64,000 nucleotides of DNA from NCBI GenBank assembly GCA_963775425.1, contig CAVZJB010000012.1, positions 32,001 to 96,000 of the forward strand, written 5' to 3'. Both the position numbers and the translations under genes were made by a program. Numbering within the stretch: position 1 is the stretch's first letter; each line of letters starts with the position of its first letter. This document shows, one piece after another, positions 10,202-21,913 of this stretch. The DNA comes from an uncultured delta proteobacterium (GTDB taxonomy: Bacteria > Myxococcota > UBA727 > VGSZ01). The notes beneath the pieces are model-generated. The model ran no database searches. It was not told the DNA's origin and saw only the letters and a program-made list of their open reading frames with translations.

Positions 10202-13200
10202 TCACCGCGCGAGCGCGCGCAGGCCATCGGCCTCATGTCGGAGCGCCCGCGCCGAAGCGCCGTCACCGGCGGCGTCGTCGAGGTCGGCGAGGTGCGCGAG
10301 GACCGCGGCCTCGGCGCGCGCGTCGCCGCGGGCGCGGGCGGAGGCGCGCGCGCTCTCGAGGTAGCCGCGCGCGTCGTCGAGGGAGCCGATCCACGCGGCG
10401 TTGAGCCCCAGGTGGACGCGCGCGCGCTCGGCGAAGGCGACGTCGCCGTCGGCCTCGTGGATCTCGAGCGCGCGCAGGAAGAGCGCGCGCGCGCCGGCGA
10501 GGTCGCCGCGGATCTCGGCGCAGCGGCCGAGCTCGAAGTTGGCGCGCGCCGCGAAGCGCACCTCGCCCTCGGCGGTGAACGCGGCGGCCGCGCGCTCGAG
10601 GAGGAGCTCGGCCTCCGCGATGACGCCGCGCTTGAGCGCGATGCGCGCGAGGGTCCACGTGGCCTTGGCCATGCCGGCGGCGTCGGCGGCGCGGCGGGCG
10701 GCGGCGACGGCGCGGCGCGCGTGCACCTCGGCGGCGACGAGCTCGCCCGCGTCGAGGTCGAGGTCGGCGATGTTCCGCTGCAGCAGCGCGGTGAGCCGCG
10801 CGTCGTCGACGAGGTCGAGGGCGAGGAGGTAGTCCGTGCGCGCTGCGTGGACCTTGCCGGCGAGCTTTTCGTGATCGGCGCGGGCCTCGAGGCCGCGCGC
10901 GCGCAGACGCGCGTCGACGCGAGGGCCGGCGCGCGTCACCGCCTCGTCGAGGATGCGCACGTGGCCGGGCGGCGCGAGGCCGCGCGTGTCGCCGGCGTCG
11001 AGGGCCAGCGCGAGCGCGAGCGCTTCGCGCTCGGCCCCGGCGCGGCGCAACAGGACCTCGACGGCGTCCTCGAGCGCGGGGCGCAGCCGGCCGAGGAGGG
11101 CGGCGGCGCGGGCGCGTGCGGCGGCCGCCTCGCGCGCGTTGTCGTCGACGGACTGCGTGGAGGCGGGGTCGAAGCGAGGCCGCGTCGGGCGCGTCGGCGC
11201 CGAGGGATCGGCGAGCGCGCGGCGGTCGACGGCGCGAGGCTCGCCGCGCTCGGGGGCGCGCGGGGGCGCGACGGGCGTGGCCTCGTCGAGCAACGCCGAA
11301 GCGAGCGCGGCCATGGCGTCGGCGTGGGCGGCGCGCGCGGCGTTGAGGGTGCCGCGGCCGGCGAGCTCGTCGAGCGCGCGCTCCCGCACCTGCGGCGCGA
11401 GCGCGTCGCCCGCGAGGGCGCCGGCGGCGCGGAGCGAGGCGACGACGTCGGCGGGGTCGCGCTCGGGCACCAGGGCGTCGACGACGGCGGGGACGAGCGG
11501 GCCGCGGTGCAACGCGAGCCTTAGGAGCGCGGAGCGGTCTTCGTCGCCGAGCTCCTGCAGGCCACCCTCGAGGAGCGCGCCGAGGCCGTCGTCGCCCGTG
11601 CGCCGCTCGAGCTCGGCGACCAGCGCCGGCGCGCGCCGCTCGACGAGCCAGCGCCCGGCGAGCAAGAGCGACGACGGCATCCCGCCGGCGCTGCGCGCGA
11701 CGTCGGCGAGGGCCCGCCACTCGGCCTCGGACCTCGCTCGCGGGGGGCGACGGGTGGCGTCGCCCTCCCCGACGCGCCCTGCGTGTGCCGCGTCGCCGCC
11801 GTCGTCGTCGTGCGCGCGGCCGAGCAGCAACTGCACGGCGGCGCTCGCGAGGATCAGAATCGGCGGAGGCGTCGGCCGGCGGCAGCGGCAGCGGCCCGAC
11901 GTCGATCGCGCGCTCGCCCATCACGCCGAGCGCCGTCGTCGCCGTGGCCACGACGCGCGCCGAGCGGGACAGGGTGCGCGCGAGCGGCACCGCGGCGGCC
12001 CGGATGTCGTCGATGCCGTCGAGGACGACGACGGGCGGCGCTCCCTCGTGCCCTCGCGCCTCGAGCGCGCGCGCGGCGATGGCGGCGGCCCGCTCGATGT
12101 CGTCAGGCAACGTCCCTGCCGGCAGCCCCAACGCGAACGCGAGCAGCGTGACGACGTCGGCGCCGCTCTCCGCGCCGTCGAGCGCCACCACGTAGCCGCC
12201 CCCCTGCTCCGCGGCGATGGCGCGCGCGAGGTGGGACTTGCCCACGCCGACCGGCCCGACGAGCGTCACCAGCCCGCCCCCGGCGAGCGCGCGGCGGGCC
12301 GCCGCTTTCTCGTCGTCACGACCGAGCAGCGGCGGCGGCGTGAGCTGCCGCGGCGGCCGCACCTCGATGGGGCCGAGGTCGACGCTGGTCGGTCCGTCGT
12401 CGAGCCCGGAGCGCGCGAGGAAGACGCGCTCCGGCAGGGTGCGCTCCTGCGACTGCGCCGGCAGCGGCGCGGGGTCGCCCATGCGCTCCCGCACGATCTG
12501 CCCGAGGGCGCGCGCGCCGCCGTGGACGTCGAAGCCGTCGATGCGGCTGAACAACAGTCCGTCGAGGGCTTCGGCCAGCTCGTCGCACGAAGCGAAGCGG
12601 TTGTCGGGGACGGCGGCCAGCGCCTTGTCGATGACGGCGTCGAGCGCCGCGGGCACCCCGCCGACGACGGAGCCGGCGCGCGGCGCGTCGCACGCGAGCA
12701 CCGCCCGCAGCGTCTCGAGGTCGGTGCCGCGGCGAAAGAGCCGCTGCCCCGTCAACAGCTCCCACAGCACCACGCCGAGGGCGAACTGATCCGCGCGGTG
12801 ATCGAAGGGATCGCCGCACACCTGCTCCGGCGCCATGTAGGCGCACTTGCCCTTGAGCGTGCCCGCGTCGGTGAGCGTGGTCTGGCTGCGCGCCTTGGCG
12901 ATGCCGAAGTCGACGACCTTGGCGTGTCCGTCGAGGGTCACGAACAGGTTTTGCGGCGAGACGTCGCGGTGCACGATCTCGAGCGGCTCGCCGTCGAGCG
13001 AGCGCTTCGCGTGCGCGTAGGCGAGTCCCGAGGCGGCGTCGAGGCCGATCTGCACCGCGGCGCCGAGCGGGAGCCGCTCGCCGCGCACCAGGCAGCGCGA
13101 CAGCAGCCGCCCCACGTCGAGGCCTTCGAGGAGCTCCATCGCGATGAACAGCTCGCCCTCGTCGGCGCCGGCCTCGAGGACCTGCACGACGTTCGGGTGG

Positions 13201-13406
13201 CGGAGGTCGGCGGCGATGCGTCCCTCGTCGAGGAACATGTCGGCGAAGCGCTTGCTGCGCGCGAGGTTCGGCAGGATGCGCTTGACGGCGACGAGCTTGG
13301 CGAAGCCCGCGGTGCCCACGAGCTTGGCGAGCCAGAGCTCGGCCATGCCGCCCTCGGCGAGAGGGCGCAGGAGCTCGTAGCGGCCGGACAGGAGGGACGC
13401 GGTCAC
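10202..13406 (-). CDS. Ser/Thr protein kinase fused to STAND/NB-ARC-like ATPase and TPR region; 1-nt frameshift at ~11858
   Basis: GGMAELW, VAVK, HRDVSPQN, DFG, YMAPE; Walker A GPVGVGKS; VVVLD Walker B; AVQLLL and GGMPSSLLLA (GLPLA-like) in the next frame; helical TPR-like C-terminus; GTG start approximate. Confidence 0.8.
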
Positions 13407-13524
13407 GCTGCGGTCGAGCCTACGGCGATCGACCGACGAGGGGCGACATGTTGCATCCGTAGTCGCACCGAGCACGGCCCCCGCGCCACGCCGACAACCC
13501 ACTTGTTCGGAGGAGGATCTCGTC

Positions 13525-14763
13525 ATGGCACTCGGACTTCCCATCTCGACCGGCGGCAAGGATCTCGAGCAGCTCCTGATGGAGGCCGAGGACTCGATGC
13601 GCCGCGCCGACCAGGCGAACGCCCAGAAGAAGTCGCAGCAGGCGGGCAACTGCGGCGGCAGCGACGGCTGTGGGAACCAGCAGCAACAGCACGGCGCGCA
13701 GAGTCCGGGGCAGAGCCCCGCGCCCGCGCAGGTGCCGCAGCGCCAGGCGCCCGACGTCGCCGCGCAGCAGGCCGCGCGCCGCGCCGTCACGGCCGGCGAG
13801 CAGGATCAAAAGAGCCGCTGTGGCATCTGCCCGTCACCGGTCCCCCCCGAGACGAACAAGCCCACCGCGCCGAGCGAGCTCCAAAAGGCCCTCGAGGCGT
13901 CGACCAGGAAGGCGGTGCCCGCGAGCGTCAACGCCAACGCGCAGGCGCCCGCGAAGACGGCGACGCCGCAGGCGCCCGCGCCGCCGACGCCGCCGCAAGA
14001 TCCGACGTCGCAGGCGCGCACGCCTCGGCCCCAGGCGCTCGCGCAGGCGCAGACCGCGAACCGTCCGGATCGCATCCTGCGGCGCGGCGACTCCGGCGAG
14101 GACGTGCGTGACCTGCAGAAGCAGCTCAACGCGCAAGGCGCCAAGCTCGAGGAGGACGGCAAGTTCGGGCCGAAGACGTTGGCGGCGCTCAGCAAGTTCC
14201 AGCGTTCGCAGGGCATGCGCGCCGACGGCTCCGCGGGTCCGCGCACGCGCGAGGCGCTCAAGACCGCGAAGCCGACGCCGCGCCCGCCGACGTCGGGCAG
14301 CGATCGCACGAGCGGCACCGATCGCACGCAGGAGCCCCAGGCGACGTCCGGGAACCCACCGAACAAGTCCGCCAGGATCGATCAGGTCAGTCACTCCGGC
14401 GCACGCAACCAGATGATCGCCGGCAAGATCACGGTCAACGGCCACACCTATTCGTTCAAGAGCGGCGGCCACGCGCGCGGCAGCCTGCCCAAGGGCGACT
14501 ACACCGTGAGCAACCTGCGCAGCACAAGCCAGGCGGGCATGGTGAAGGACGGCGTGGGCTTCAAGGCCGACCTGAGCAACAAGTACGACGCGCGCGTGCA
14601 CGACACCCGCAGCGCGCTGCGCATCCACCCCGACGGCGGGAGCGCCGGCACCAGCGGCTGCCTCGGCATCGAGGGCAACGCCGCGACGCTGCGCCAGTTC
14701 CGCGCCGACCTCGCCGCGGAGATCAAGCGCAACGGCGGCAGCTTCACGCTGCACATCGGTTGA
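13525..14763 (+). CDS. Peptidoglycan-binding protein with C-terminal Tlde1/YkuD-like L,D-transpeptidase domain
   Basis: GGAGGA RBS; LRRGDSGEDVRDLQKQL...DGKFGPKT...FQ (PG_binding_1); GSLPKGDY ... RSALRIHPDGGSAGTSGCLGI His/Cys motif. Confidence 0.8.
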   Translation: MALGLPISTGGKDLEQLLMEAEDSMRRADQANAQKKSQQAGNCGGSDGCGNQQQQHGAQSPGQSPAPAQVPQRQAPDVAAQQAARRAVTAGEQDQKSRCGICPSPVPPETNKPTAPSELQKALEASTRKAVPASVNANAQAPAKTATPQAPAPPTPPQDPTSQARTPRPQALAQAQTANRPDRILRRGDSGEDVRDLQKQLNAQGAKLEEDGKFGPKTLAALSKFQRSQGMRADGSAGPRTREALKTAKPTPRPPTSGSDRTSGTDRTQEPQATSGNPPNKSARIDQVSHSGARNQMIAGKITVNGHTYSFKSGGHARGSLPKGDYTVSNLRSTSQAGMVKDGVGFKADLSNKYDARVHDTRSALRIHPDGGSAGTSGCLGIEGNAATLRQFRADLAAEIKRNGGSFTLHIG

Positions 14764-14775
14764 ACGTGGTGCGCC

Positions 14776-15252
14776 TCAGGCGCCCCGCTTGGCCTCGAAC
14801 GCGTCCAGGCCCGCGCGCGCCGTCGCCTGCACCTTCTTGCGCAGGAACGGCGCCCAGCCGAGCAGCACACCGGGGGCGCCGAGCGCCTGTCGCGACCAGC
14901 GCCAGAAGCTGAAGGTGTCCTTGTGCGTCGCGATCTTTCCGTCGCGGAACGTGAAGCGCGCGTCGATGCTGTTGTGCACGCGGCGGCCGGTGGCCTGGAA
15001 CGTGTAATACGCGTCCCAGTGGGCGGATCCCGACGTGTCGTCGGCGACGACGTCGCGCGTCTCCAGGCGCAGATCCTTGCCGCGCTCGCAGAGCATCCGC
15101 CACATGTTGCGTGCGCGCTCGCCCTTGAGGCCGGGGAAGACCTCGTCGGAGAAGTCGACGTCGTCGGCGTAGCAGGCGGCCATGCCGTCACCGTCGTGCG
15201 CGTTGAACGCGGCGTAGAAGCGCTCGATGAGCGCGGCGTTGTCGTGGGCCAT
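14776..15252 (-). CDS. SnoaL/NTF2-like family protein
   Basis: ATG at 15252; LIERFYAAFN...MAACYADDVDFSDEVF...MWRML...TGRRVHNSIDARFTFRDGKI..HKDTFSFWRW. Confidence 0.88.
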   Translation of the reverse strand: MAHDNAALIERFYAAFNAHDGDGMAACYADDVDFSDEVFPGLKGERARNMWRMLCERGKDLRLETRDVVADDTSGSAHWDAYYTFQATGRRVHNSIDARFTFRDGKIATHKDTFSFWRWSRQALGAPGVLLGWAPFLRKKVQATARAGLDAFEAKRGA

Positions 15253-15363
15253 GCCCGACAGATACGACGGCGCGGTCGCGCCGTCTCGGGCGTTTGACCG
15301 AGGCCGATCCACCCCCGCGCACACGACGAGAGAGCCGCCGCCCACGACGGCGATAACGACGGC

Positions 15364-16551
15364 ATGCCTGCCATCGGACCCACCAACGCAAACGGGGCCT
15401 CCTCGGCCTCGGCCACCACGACGACCCCGGACGGTGGCGGCAGCCCCGCGGTCGAGACCAGGCTCCACAAGCTCCAGGACGAATTCGACGGGAAGGGCGC
15501 CACCCGCCACGCCGAGAAGATGCTCAAAAAGCTCGGCTTTCACCCCGGCGCCGTCGACACGCACTACAGCGCGCGCACCGAGGCCGCGGTGGAGCAGTTC
15601 CAGCGCGCCGCCGGCCTCCACGCGACCGGCGCCCTCGACGCGCGCACGCTGCACGCGATGCGCAAGGCCGCGGAGCACAAGGCCAAGGGCGTCGAGGCGC
15701 CGGGCCAGAAGAGCAAGGCCGTGGCGCAGGAGGAGCGGCGCCTCAAGCGGCAGGGCTATCACCCCGGCAAAGCCGACGGCGTCTACGACCAGCAGACCGC
15801 CGCCGCGGTGCGCGCGTTCAAGCACGACCAGGGCATCAAGGGCCACACGCGCGCGGCGCAGGACGTGCTCGGCAAGAACGCGCGCAAGAAGCTCGACGCC
15901 GCCGGCGGGGCGACGAAGCGAGCGGAGCAGCAGCTCAAGAAGCTGGGCTTTCACCCCGGCGCCGTCGACGGCAAGTACACGCGCAACACGCAGCGCGCCG
16001 TCGACGCGTTCCGCAAGAAGCACCACATGCGCGGCGTCGGCAAGCACGCCACCCCGGGCACGCTTCGCGCCATCCGCAAGGCGTACCAGAACAAGGTCGG
16101 CGGCCGCGTCGCCAGGCGCGAGATGAAGAACCTCGAGCGCGTGGCGCAGGCGGGCGCGCAGGGGAAGCGCCCGATGGGCCGCTGCCTGTTCGCCGTGCAG
16201 AACTACCTCGACCGCGTCACCTACGGGAAAGGCAAGGTGCCGCGCCTGCCCTACGCCCACGACTACGCCGACTACCTGAACAGCGGGCACAACGCGAAGC
16301 GCCTCGGGCTCAAGAAGCTCAACATCCACAACCCGTACGCCGCGCCGCCGGGCGCCATCATCGTCGTGCGCGCAGGGACGCCGGGCACGAGCCACCCGAC
16401 GGCGGGTGACATCGTCGTGCGTGGCCACGGCAGCCACCTCTACAACGACGGCGAGATGTCCTACGGCGGCCCCGGCAACTTCCCACCGGGCAACAACTAC
16501 GTCCTCGGCGTCTACGTCCCGGCCGGCTACCGCTCGCACGGCAAGCGCTGA
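15364..16551 (+). CDS. Protein with three peptidoglycan-binding repeats and a C-terminal CHAP/amidase-like domain
   Basis: Three L..LGF/YHPG..DG.Y...T..AV..F repeats; GRCLFAVQNYL ... APPGAIIVV ... HPTAGDI. Confidence 0.75.
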   Translation: MPAIGPTNANGASSASATTTTPDGGGSPAVETRLHKLQDEFDGKGATRHAEKMLKKLGFHPGAVDTHYSARTEAAVEQFQRAAGLHATGALDARTLHAMRKAAEHKAKGVEAPGQKSKAVAQEERRLKRQGYHPGKADGVYDQQTAAAVRAFKHDQGIKGHTRAAQDVLGKNARKKLDAAGGATKRAEQQLKKLGFHPGAVDGKYTRNTQRAVDAFRKKHHMRGVGKHATPGTLRAIRKAYQNKVGGRVARREMKNLERVAQAGAQGKRPMGRCLFAVQNYLDRVTYGKGKVPRLPYAHDYADYLNSGHNAKRLGLKKLNIHNPYAAPPGAIIVVRAGTPGTSHPTAGDIVVRGHGSHLYNDGEMSYGGPGNFPPGNNYVLGVYVPAGYRSHGKR

Positions 16552-16608
16552 ACGCGTCCCTGCGCGGGACGCCGGACCCGCGTCACGCCGCCTGCCGGTC
16601 CCGCGCGC

Positions 16609-16614
16609 TAGGGT
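16609..16614 (+). promoter_or_regulatory. Putative -10 box (TAGGGT), 7 nt before ATG; leaderless-type start
   Basis: TANNNT with no Shine-Dalgarno before ATG 16622. Confidence 0.4.
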
Positions 16615-16621
16615 GGGTGTC

Positions 16622-17656
16622 ATGCGAGCGCGCTCGCCCGCCGTCGAGCCCGAACAGCCGCCTGTCCCGGAGGCGCTGCCCATGAAGGCGCTCGCCCACA
16701 TCGACATCGTGCGCGACGAGGAGCGGCCGGTCGCCGCGCGGCGCCGTGCCCTTCGTGTCCTCGAGCGCACGGAGCGCAAGCACCGCGGCGAGGTCGCGCG
16801 CCACCTCACGCCCGCGCTCTCCGCGGCCCCGGACCTCGCCGGCGAGGTGCATGTCGCGCTCCTCGTCCTCGACCCCGACCTCGCCGTCGGGCGCGACGAC
16901 AGCGGGCGCTTCGTCGCCGCGGCGCTGCCGCTGCGCGCGTGCGCCGACGACGGCGTCGGCGGCCGCGTAGACGCCGCCATCGGCCGCGTCGTCGGCCTCG
17001 ACGCCCTCGCGCGGCTCTTCCAGGCCGAGGAGGCCATGCCCGCGTTCCTCGCGCCGCCGGAGCGACCGGCGCCCGCGCCGTACCGCCCGCCGCCCGAGGT
17101 CCTCGAGGCGCGCCGCCTCGAGGCCGCGTTCGTCGATGCGCAGCGGCTGCGGCGCGAGAAGCTCGCGATCCTCGGCCTCGAGCCCGAGGACCTCGACGAC
17201 GATCCGCCGCTCAAGCCCGCGCGCGTCGCGCGGCACAAGGCGCCGATCGTCGCCTACGTCGACGACGACCGCCCCGCCGCCATCACCGTCGGCGCCGCGA
17301 GCGCGGAGCGCCGCGTCGAGCTCGGCCGCGCGCACCCCGGCGCCTGGTGGGCCGCCGAGCGCTCCGGCGATCACCGCGGCGCGCGTCGCTTCCACCTGCG
17401 CCTCGATCGCAACGCGCCGCCGGAGCGCGCCGCCGTGCGCCGCGAGCGCTCGCTGCCCGGCGGCGACGGGCCCGTCGAGCTCACGCTCGGCACGGTCCAC
17501 ATCGAGCGGGACCTCGACGGACGCGGCGCGGTGGTGTGGGTCGAGGAGGAGGACGGCCTCGTCGTGGCGGTGACGCTCACCTGGTCGTCATGGGGCGCGC
17601 TGCGGGCGAGCGAGTCCAAGCCCGGGCCCACCGCGCCGGCGCGCGGCAGCCGCTGA
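16622..17656 (+). CDS. Hypothetical protein
   Basis: ATG at 16622 in ORF 16406..17656; GC3-rich codons; no motif recognised. Confidence 0.65.
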   Translation: MRARSPAVEPEQPPVPEALPMKALAHIDIVRDEERPVAARRRALRVLERTERKHRGEVARHLTPALSAAPDLAGEVHVALLVLDPDLAVGRDDSGRFVAAALPLRACADDGVGGRVDAAIGRVVGLDALARLFQAEEAMPAFLAPPERPAPAPYRPPPEVLEARRLEAAFVDAQRLRREKLAILGLEPEDLDDDPPLKPARVARHKAPIVAYVDDDRPAAITVGAASAERRVELGRAHPGAWWAAERSGDHRGARRFHLRLDRNAPPERAAVRRERSLPGGDGPVELTLGTVHIERDLDGRGAVVWVEEEDGLVVAVTLTWSSWGALRASESKPGPTAPARGSR

Positions 17657-17962
17657 AAGGCTGACGAAAAAAAATAGGGCTCGTAGCAGCACTCGGCGAA
17701 GCCGCCCACAAGGTGGCTCGCCGCGCGGAGTACGTGGCGAGGCACGTCGGCGCGCAAGAACGCCGTGATCGACGCGGAACCTGGCGATGACGTCGTGACT
17801 CGGGCGCAGATCGCCGACGATAAAACGGAAGGCGTCGTCGTTCGTCGTCAGCCGCGCGATCTCCCGGGCGCTCCCGATCCCTTGGCCTATCCTGTCCGCC
17901 GTGTGGCCGTAGCACCGTCCCCTTCCGGGTGGCTCGGATCAACGGTCCATCGGGCCAGCCCT
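17657..17962 (-). mobile_element. Internally deleted IS1182-like element, copy 2 (inverted relative to copy 1)
   Basis: Shares gttgatccgagccacccggaagggg..ggtgctacggcc and a ~130 nt transposase segment with 7012-7342; ends in a T-run plus cgtcagcct; far end degenerate and approximate. Confidence 0.7.
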
Positions 17963-17983
17963 CGTCGTGGACGAGCCCCCGCC

Positions 17984-18382
17984 CTACTTGATGAGGGTGA
18001 GCTCGGCGGCGGCGCGGTCGACCTCGGCGCGGAGGAGCTGGAAGGTCTCGTCCTCGGTGGAGACGGCGCCGAGCTGCTTGAGCTTCTGCTCGGCGTCGTA
18101 GAGCGCCTTGTTGGCGTGCTCGCGGACGACCTCGCCGGCCAACGAAGCGCTCTCGCACATCACCGTGATGTTGTTGGCGTCGACCTCGACGAAGCCGCCC
18201 GACACCATGAGCTTCACCAGCTCGTTGTTGCGGCGGAACGAGAGGATGCCGGTGCCGAGCGCGCTCAGGAACGCCTCGTGGTCCGGCAGCACCTCGAACT
18301 CGCCCTCGACGCCGGGGATGACGACGTCGGTGGTCTCGCCCACGATGACGCGGCGGTCGGGGGTGACGATGTCGAGGTTCAT
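17984..18382 (-). CDS. atpC: F1 ATP synthase epsilon subunit
   Basis: MNLDIVTPDR...VVIPGVEGEFEVLPDHEAFLSAL..G...VSGGFVEV; directly after atpD. Confidence 0.93.
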   Translation of the reverse strand: MNLDIVTPDRRVIVGETTDVVIPGVEGEFEVLPDHEAFLSALGTGILSFRRNNELVKLMVSGGFVEVDANNITVMCESASLAGEVVREHANKALYDAEQKLKQLGAVSTEDETFQLLRAEVDRAAAELTLIK

Positions 18383-18384
18383 GC

Positions 18385-19938
<1,554 letters not shown>

Positions 19939-20251
19939 TCAAGAGGCCAGACGGGGCGAAGAGGGACCTGCGGCAGCTTGCCGCGGTAAGGGCCGCATCG
20001 CCGCCGGCTTCGTTGCTCGTCGGTCACGTGGCGACGGCCACGGCGCGCCTCTCGACAACGCCGCCCCGCAGACGGTCATCGCGCTCTTCGTCGCCGCGCA
20101 GCAGCTTCACCGGGCGCTTCGTCCAGCCGCGGCGCGCGCGCGGTGACCGCGCAGCCGGACGCCGGGATCACGCGGCGCTCCACACCTTGCGTCCCTACCA
20201 GGCTTCAGACGGGGCGAGCTGCTCCTGACTGGAGCTCGAAGGGGGTCACGA

Positions 20252-21907
20252 ATGAAGAGTCAGATCGAATGGCCATGTTCTCTCATCTGCATGATCTTCT
20301 TCCAGGCCATCGTGCTCTGGAGCGGACATGCATACGCGCTGGACAAGTCGGAGCCGGACTACGACCTCAAGCTGTTCGGCAAGTACGTCTTCTTCGACAA
20401 GATTTCGGAGCCGGCCGGCGTGATGGGGTGCGTCACGTGCCACACGCCGGAGACGGGTGGCACCAACGGCGACTCGGACGTCAACCTGCACCAGGTGGCG
20501 ATCACGGGCGCCAACCCCGCGACGGTGGGCAGCCTCAAGCCGCCGTCGAACGCGTACGCGAGCCTGGTCCCTGAGCTGTTCGACTGCGGGCTCGGCGGCG
20601 TTCGCGTGAACGGCATCGGCTTTTGCGGCGGCAACTTCTGGAACGGTCGCGCCGAGGGGATCGCCGCCGCGCTGCCGGGCGGCACCAAGCACATCGGCGA
20701 CGAGGTGTTCCAGGGCCGGCCGTGGAGCGATCCCGTGCGCGCGTACGCCGCGTACTTCGGGCCGACGTCGGACCAGGCGTTGAACCCCTTCGTCAACCCC
20801 GTCGAGCAGAACAACGCCTCGCGCCAGGCGGTGTGCGAGCACGTCGAGCACGCGCCGTACCTCGACCTCTACGAGATGGCCTGGGGCGAGCCCATCGACT
20901 GCAGCGACACCCCCGTCGCCATCCACGGCGACGACGTCGACGGCGAGCTCGCCTACGACATCAGCTTCAAGCGCATCGCGCTCGCCATCGGTGCGTGGCA
21001 GCACTCGGCGGAGCTCAACTCGTTCAGCTCCAAGCGCGACCGCGCGTTGCGGCAGGAGCTCGCGTGCATCGACGGGGGCCAGGGCGAATTCGCCGCGTAC
21101 TACGACCCGTGGGTCTGCGCGGCGGAGCCGGCCGACAACTGGGGGAAGTTCCCGCTCGTGGGATTCACAGAGCAGGAGAACTACGGTCATGACCTCTTCT
21201 ACAATACGAATTTCCCGCCCATCCCCGGGCGCTCTCCACCGCATCCCGAGCTGCCGGTGACCAACTGCTCATTTTGTCACTTGAGCGACGAGAATCACCC
21301 GGATGGAACCGGACTCTTCGAGCGCTATGCCGACGACTCGTACCACAACATCGGCATCCCGGTGAACCCGGAGCTGCCGGCGGACCCGGACCCGGGCATC
21401 AGCGGGCACGCGGAGCTCGCGCCGCCCGACAGCGCCGGCGGCTTCAGGATCCCGACGCTGCGCAACGTCGACAAGCGCCCGTACGACTGCTTCGTGAAGG
21501 CCTACGGCCACAACGGCTGGTTCAAGAGCCTCGAGAGCATCGTGCACTTCTACAACACGTCGCAGTCGCTCCCGCGCTGCGAGACCGTGATCGCCTACCC
21601 GGGTCCCTACACCGAGCAGGAGGCCCTGGCGAACGACTGCTGGCCGCAGGCCGAGTGGCCGGCGACGGTGGCGACGTCGTTGTTGCTCGGCCGCATCGGC
21701 ATGACGCCGGATCAGGAGGCGGCGGTGGTGGCGTACCTGAAGACGCTCACCGATCGCGAGACCGTTCAACCGCCGCGGCCGTACCACCCGTCCCATCGTC
21801 ACGAGGACCACGACCAGCACGGCGATCACGGAGCGCACGGAGCGCACGACCATCACCACCACCACCACGACGACGACGACCGCCGGGGCCGGCCCTTCGG
21901 CCGCTGA
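20252..21907 (+). CDS. Di-heme cytochrome c peroxidase/MauG-like protein with His-rich tail
   Basis: Signal-like N-terminus, GKYVFFD, CVTCH, FWNGRA, QALNPFVNPVE, CSFCH, FRIPTLRNV, YGHNGWFKSLESIVHFYN. Confidence 0.88.
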   Translation: MKSQIEWPCSLICMIFFQAIVLWSGHAYALDKSEPDYDLKLFGKYVFFDKISEPAGVMGCVTCHTPETGGTNGDSDVNLHQVAITGANPATVGSLKPPSNAYASLVPELFDCGLGGVRVNGIGFCGGNFWNGRAEGIAAALPGGTKHIGDEVFQGRPWSDPVRAYAAYFGPTSDQALNPFVNPVEQNNASRQAVCEHVEHAPYLDLYEMAWGEPIDCSDTPVAIHGDDVDGELAYDISFKRIALAIGAWQHSAELNSFSSKRDRALRQELACIDGGQGEFAAYYDPWVCAAEPADNWGKFPLVGFTEQENYGHDLFYNTNFPPIPGRSPPHPELPVTNCSFCHLSDENHPDGTGLFERYADDSYHNIGIPVNPELPADPDPGISGHAELAPPDSAGGFRIPTLRNVDKRPYDCFVKAYGHNGWFKSLESIVHFYNTSQSLPRCETVIAYPGPYTEQEALANDCWPQAEWPATVATSLLLGRIGMTPDQEAAVVAYLKTLTDRETVQPPRPYHPSHRHEDHDQHGDHGAHGAHDHHHHHHDDDDRRGRPFGR

Positions 21908-21913
21908 GGCGCC

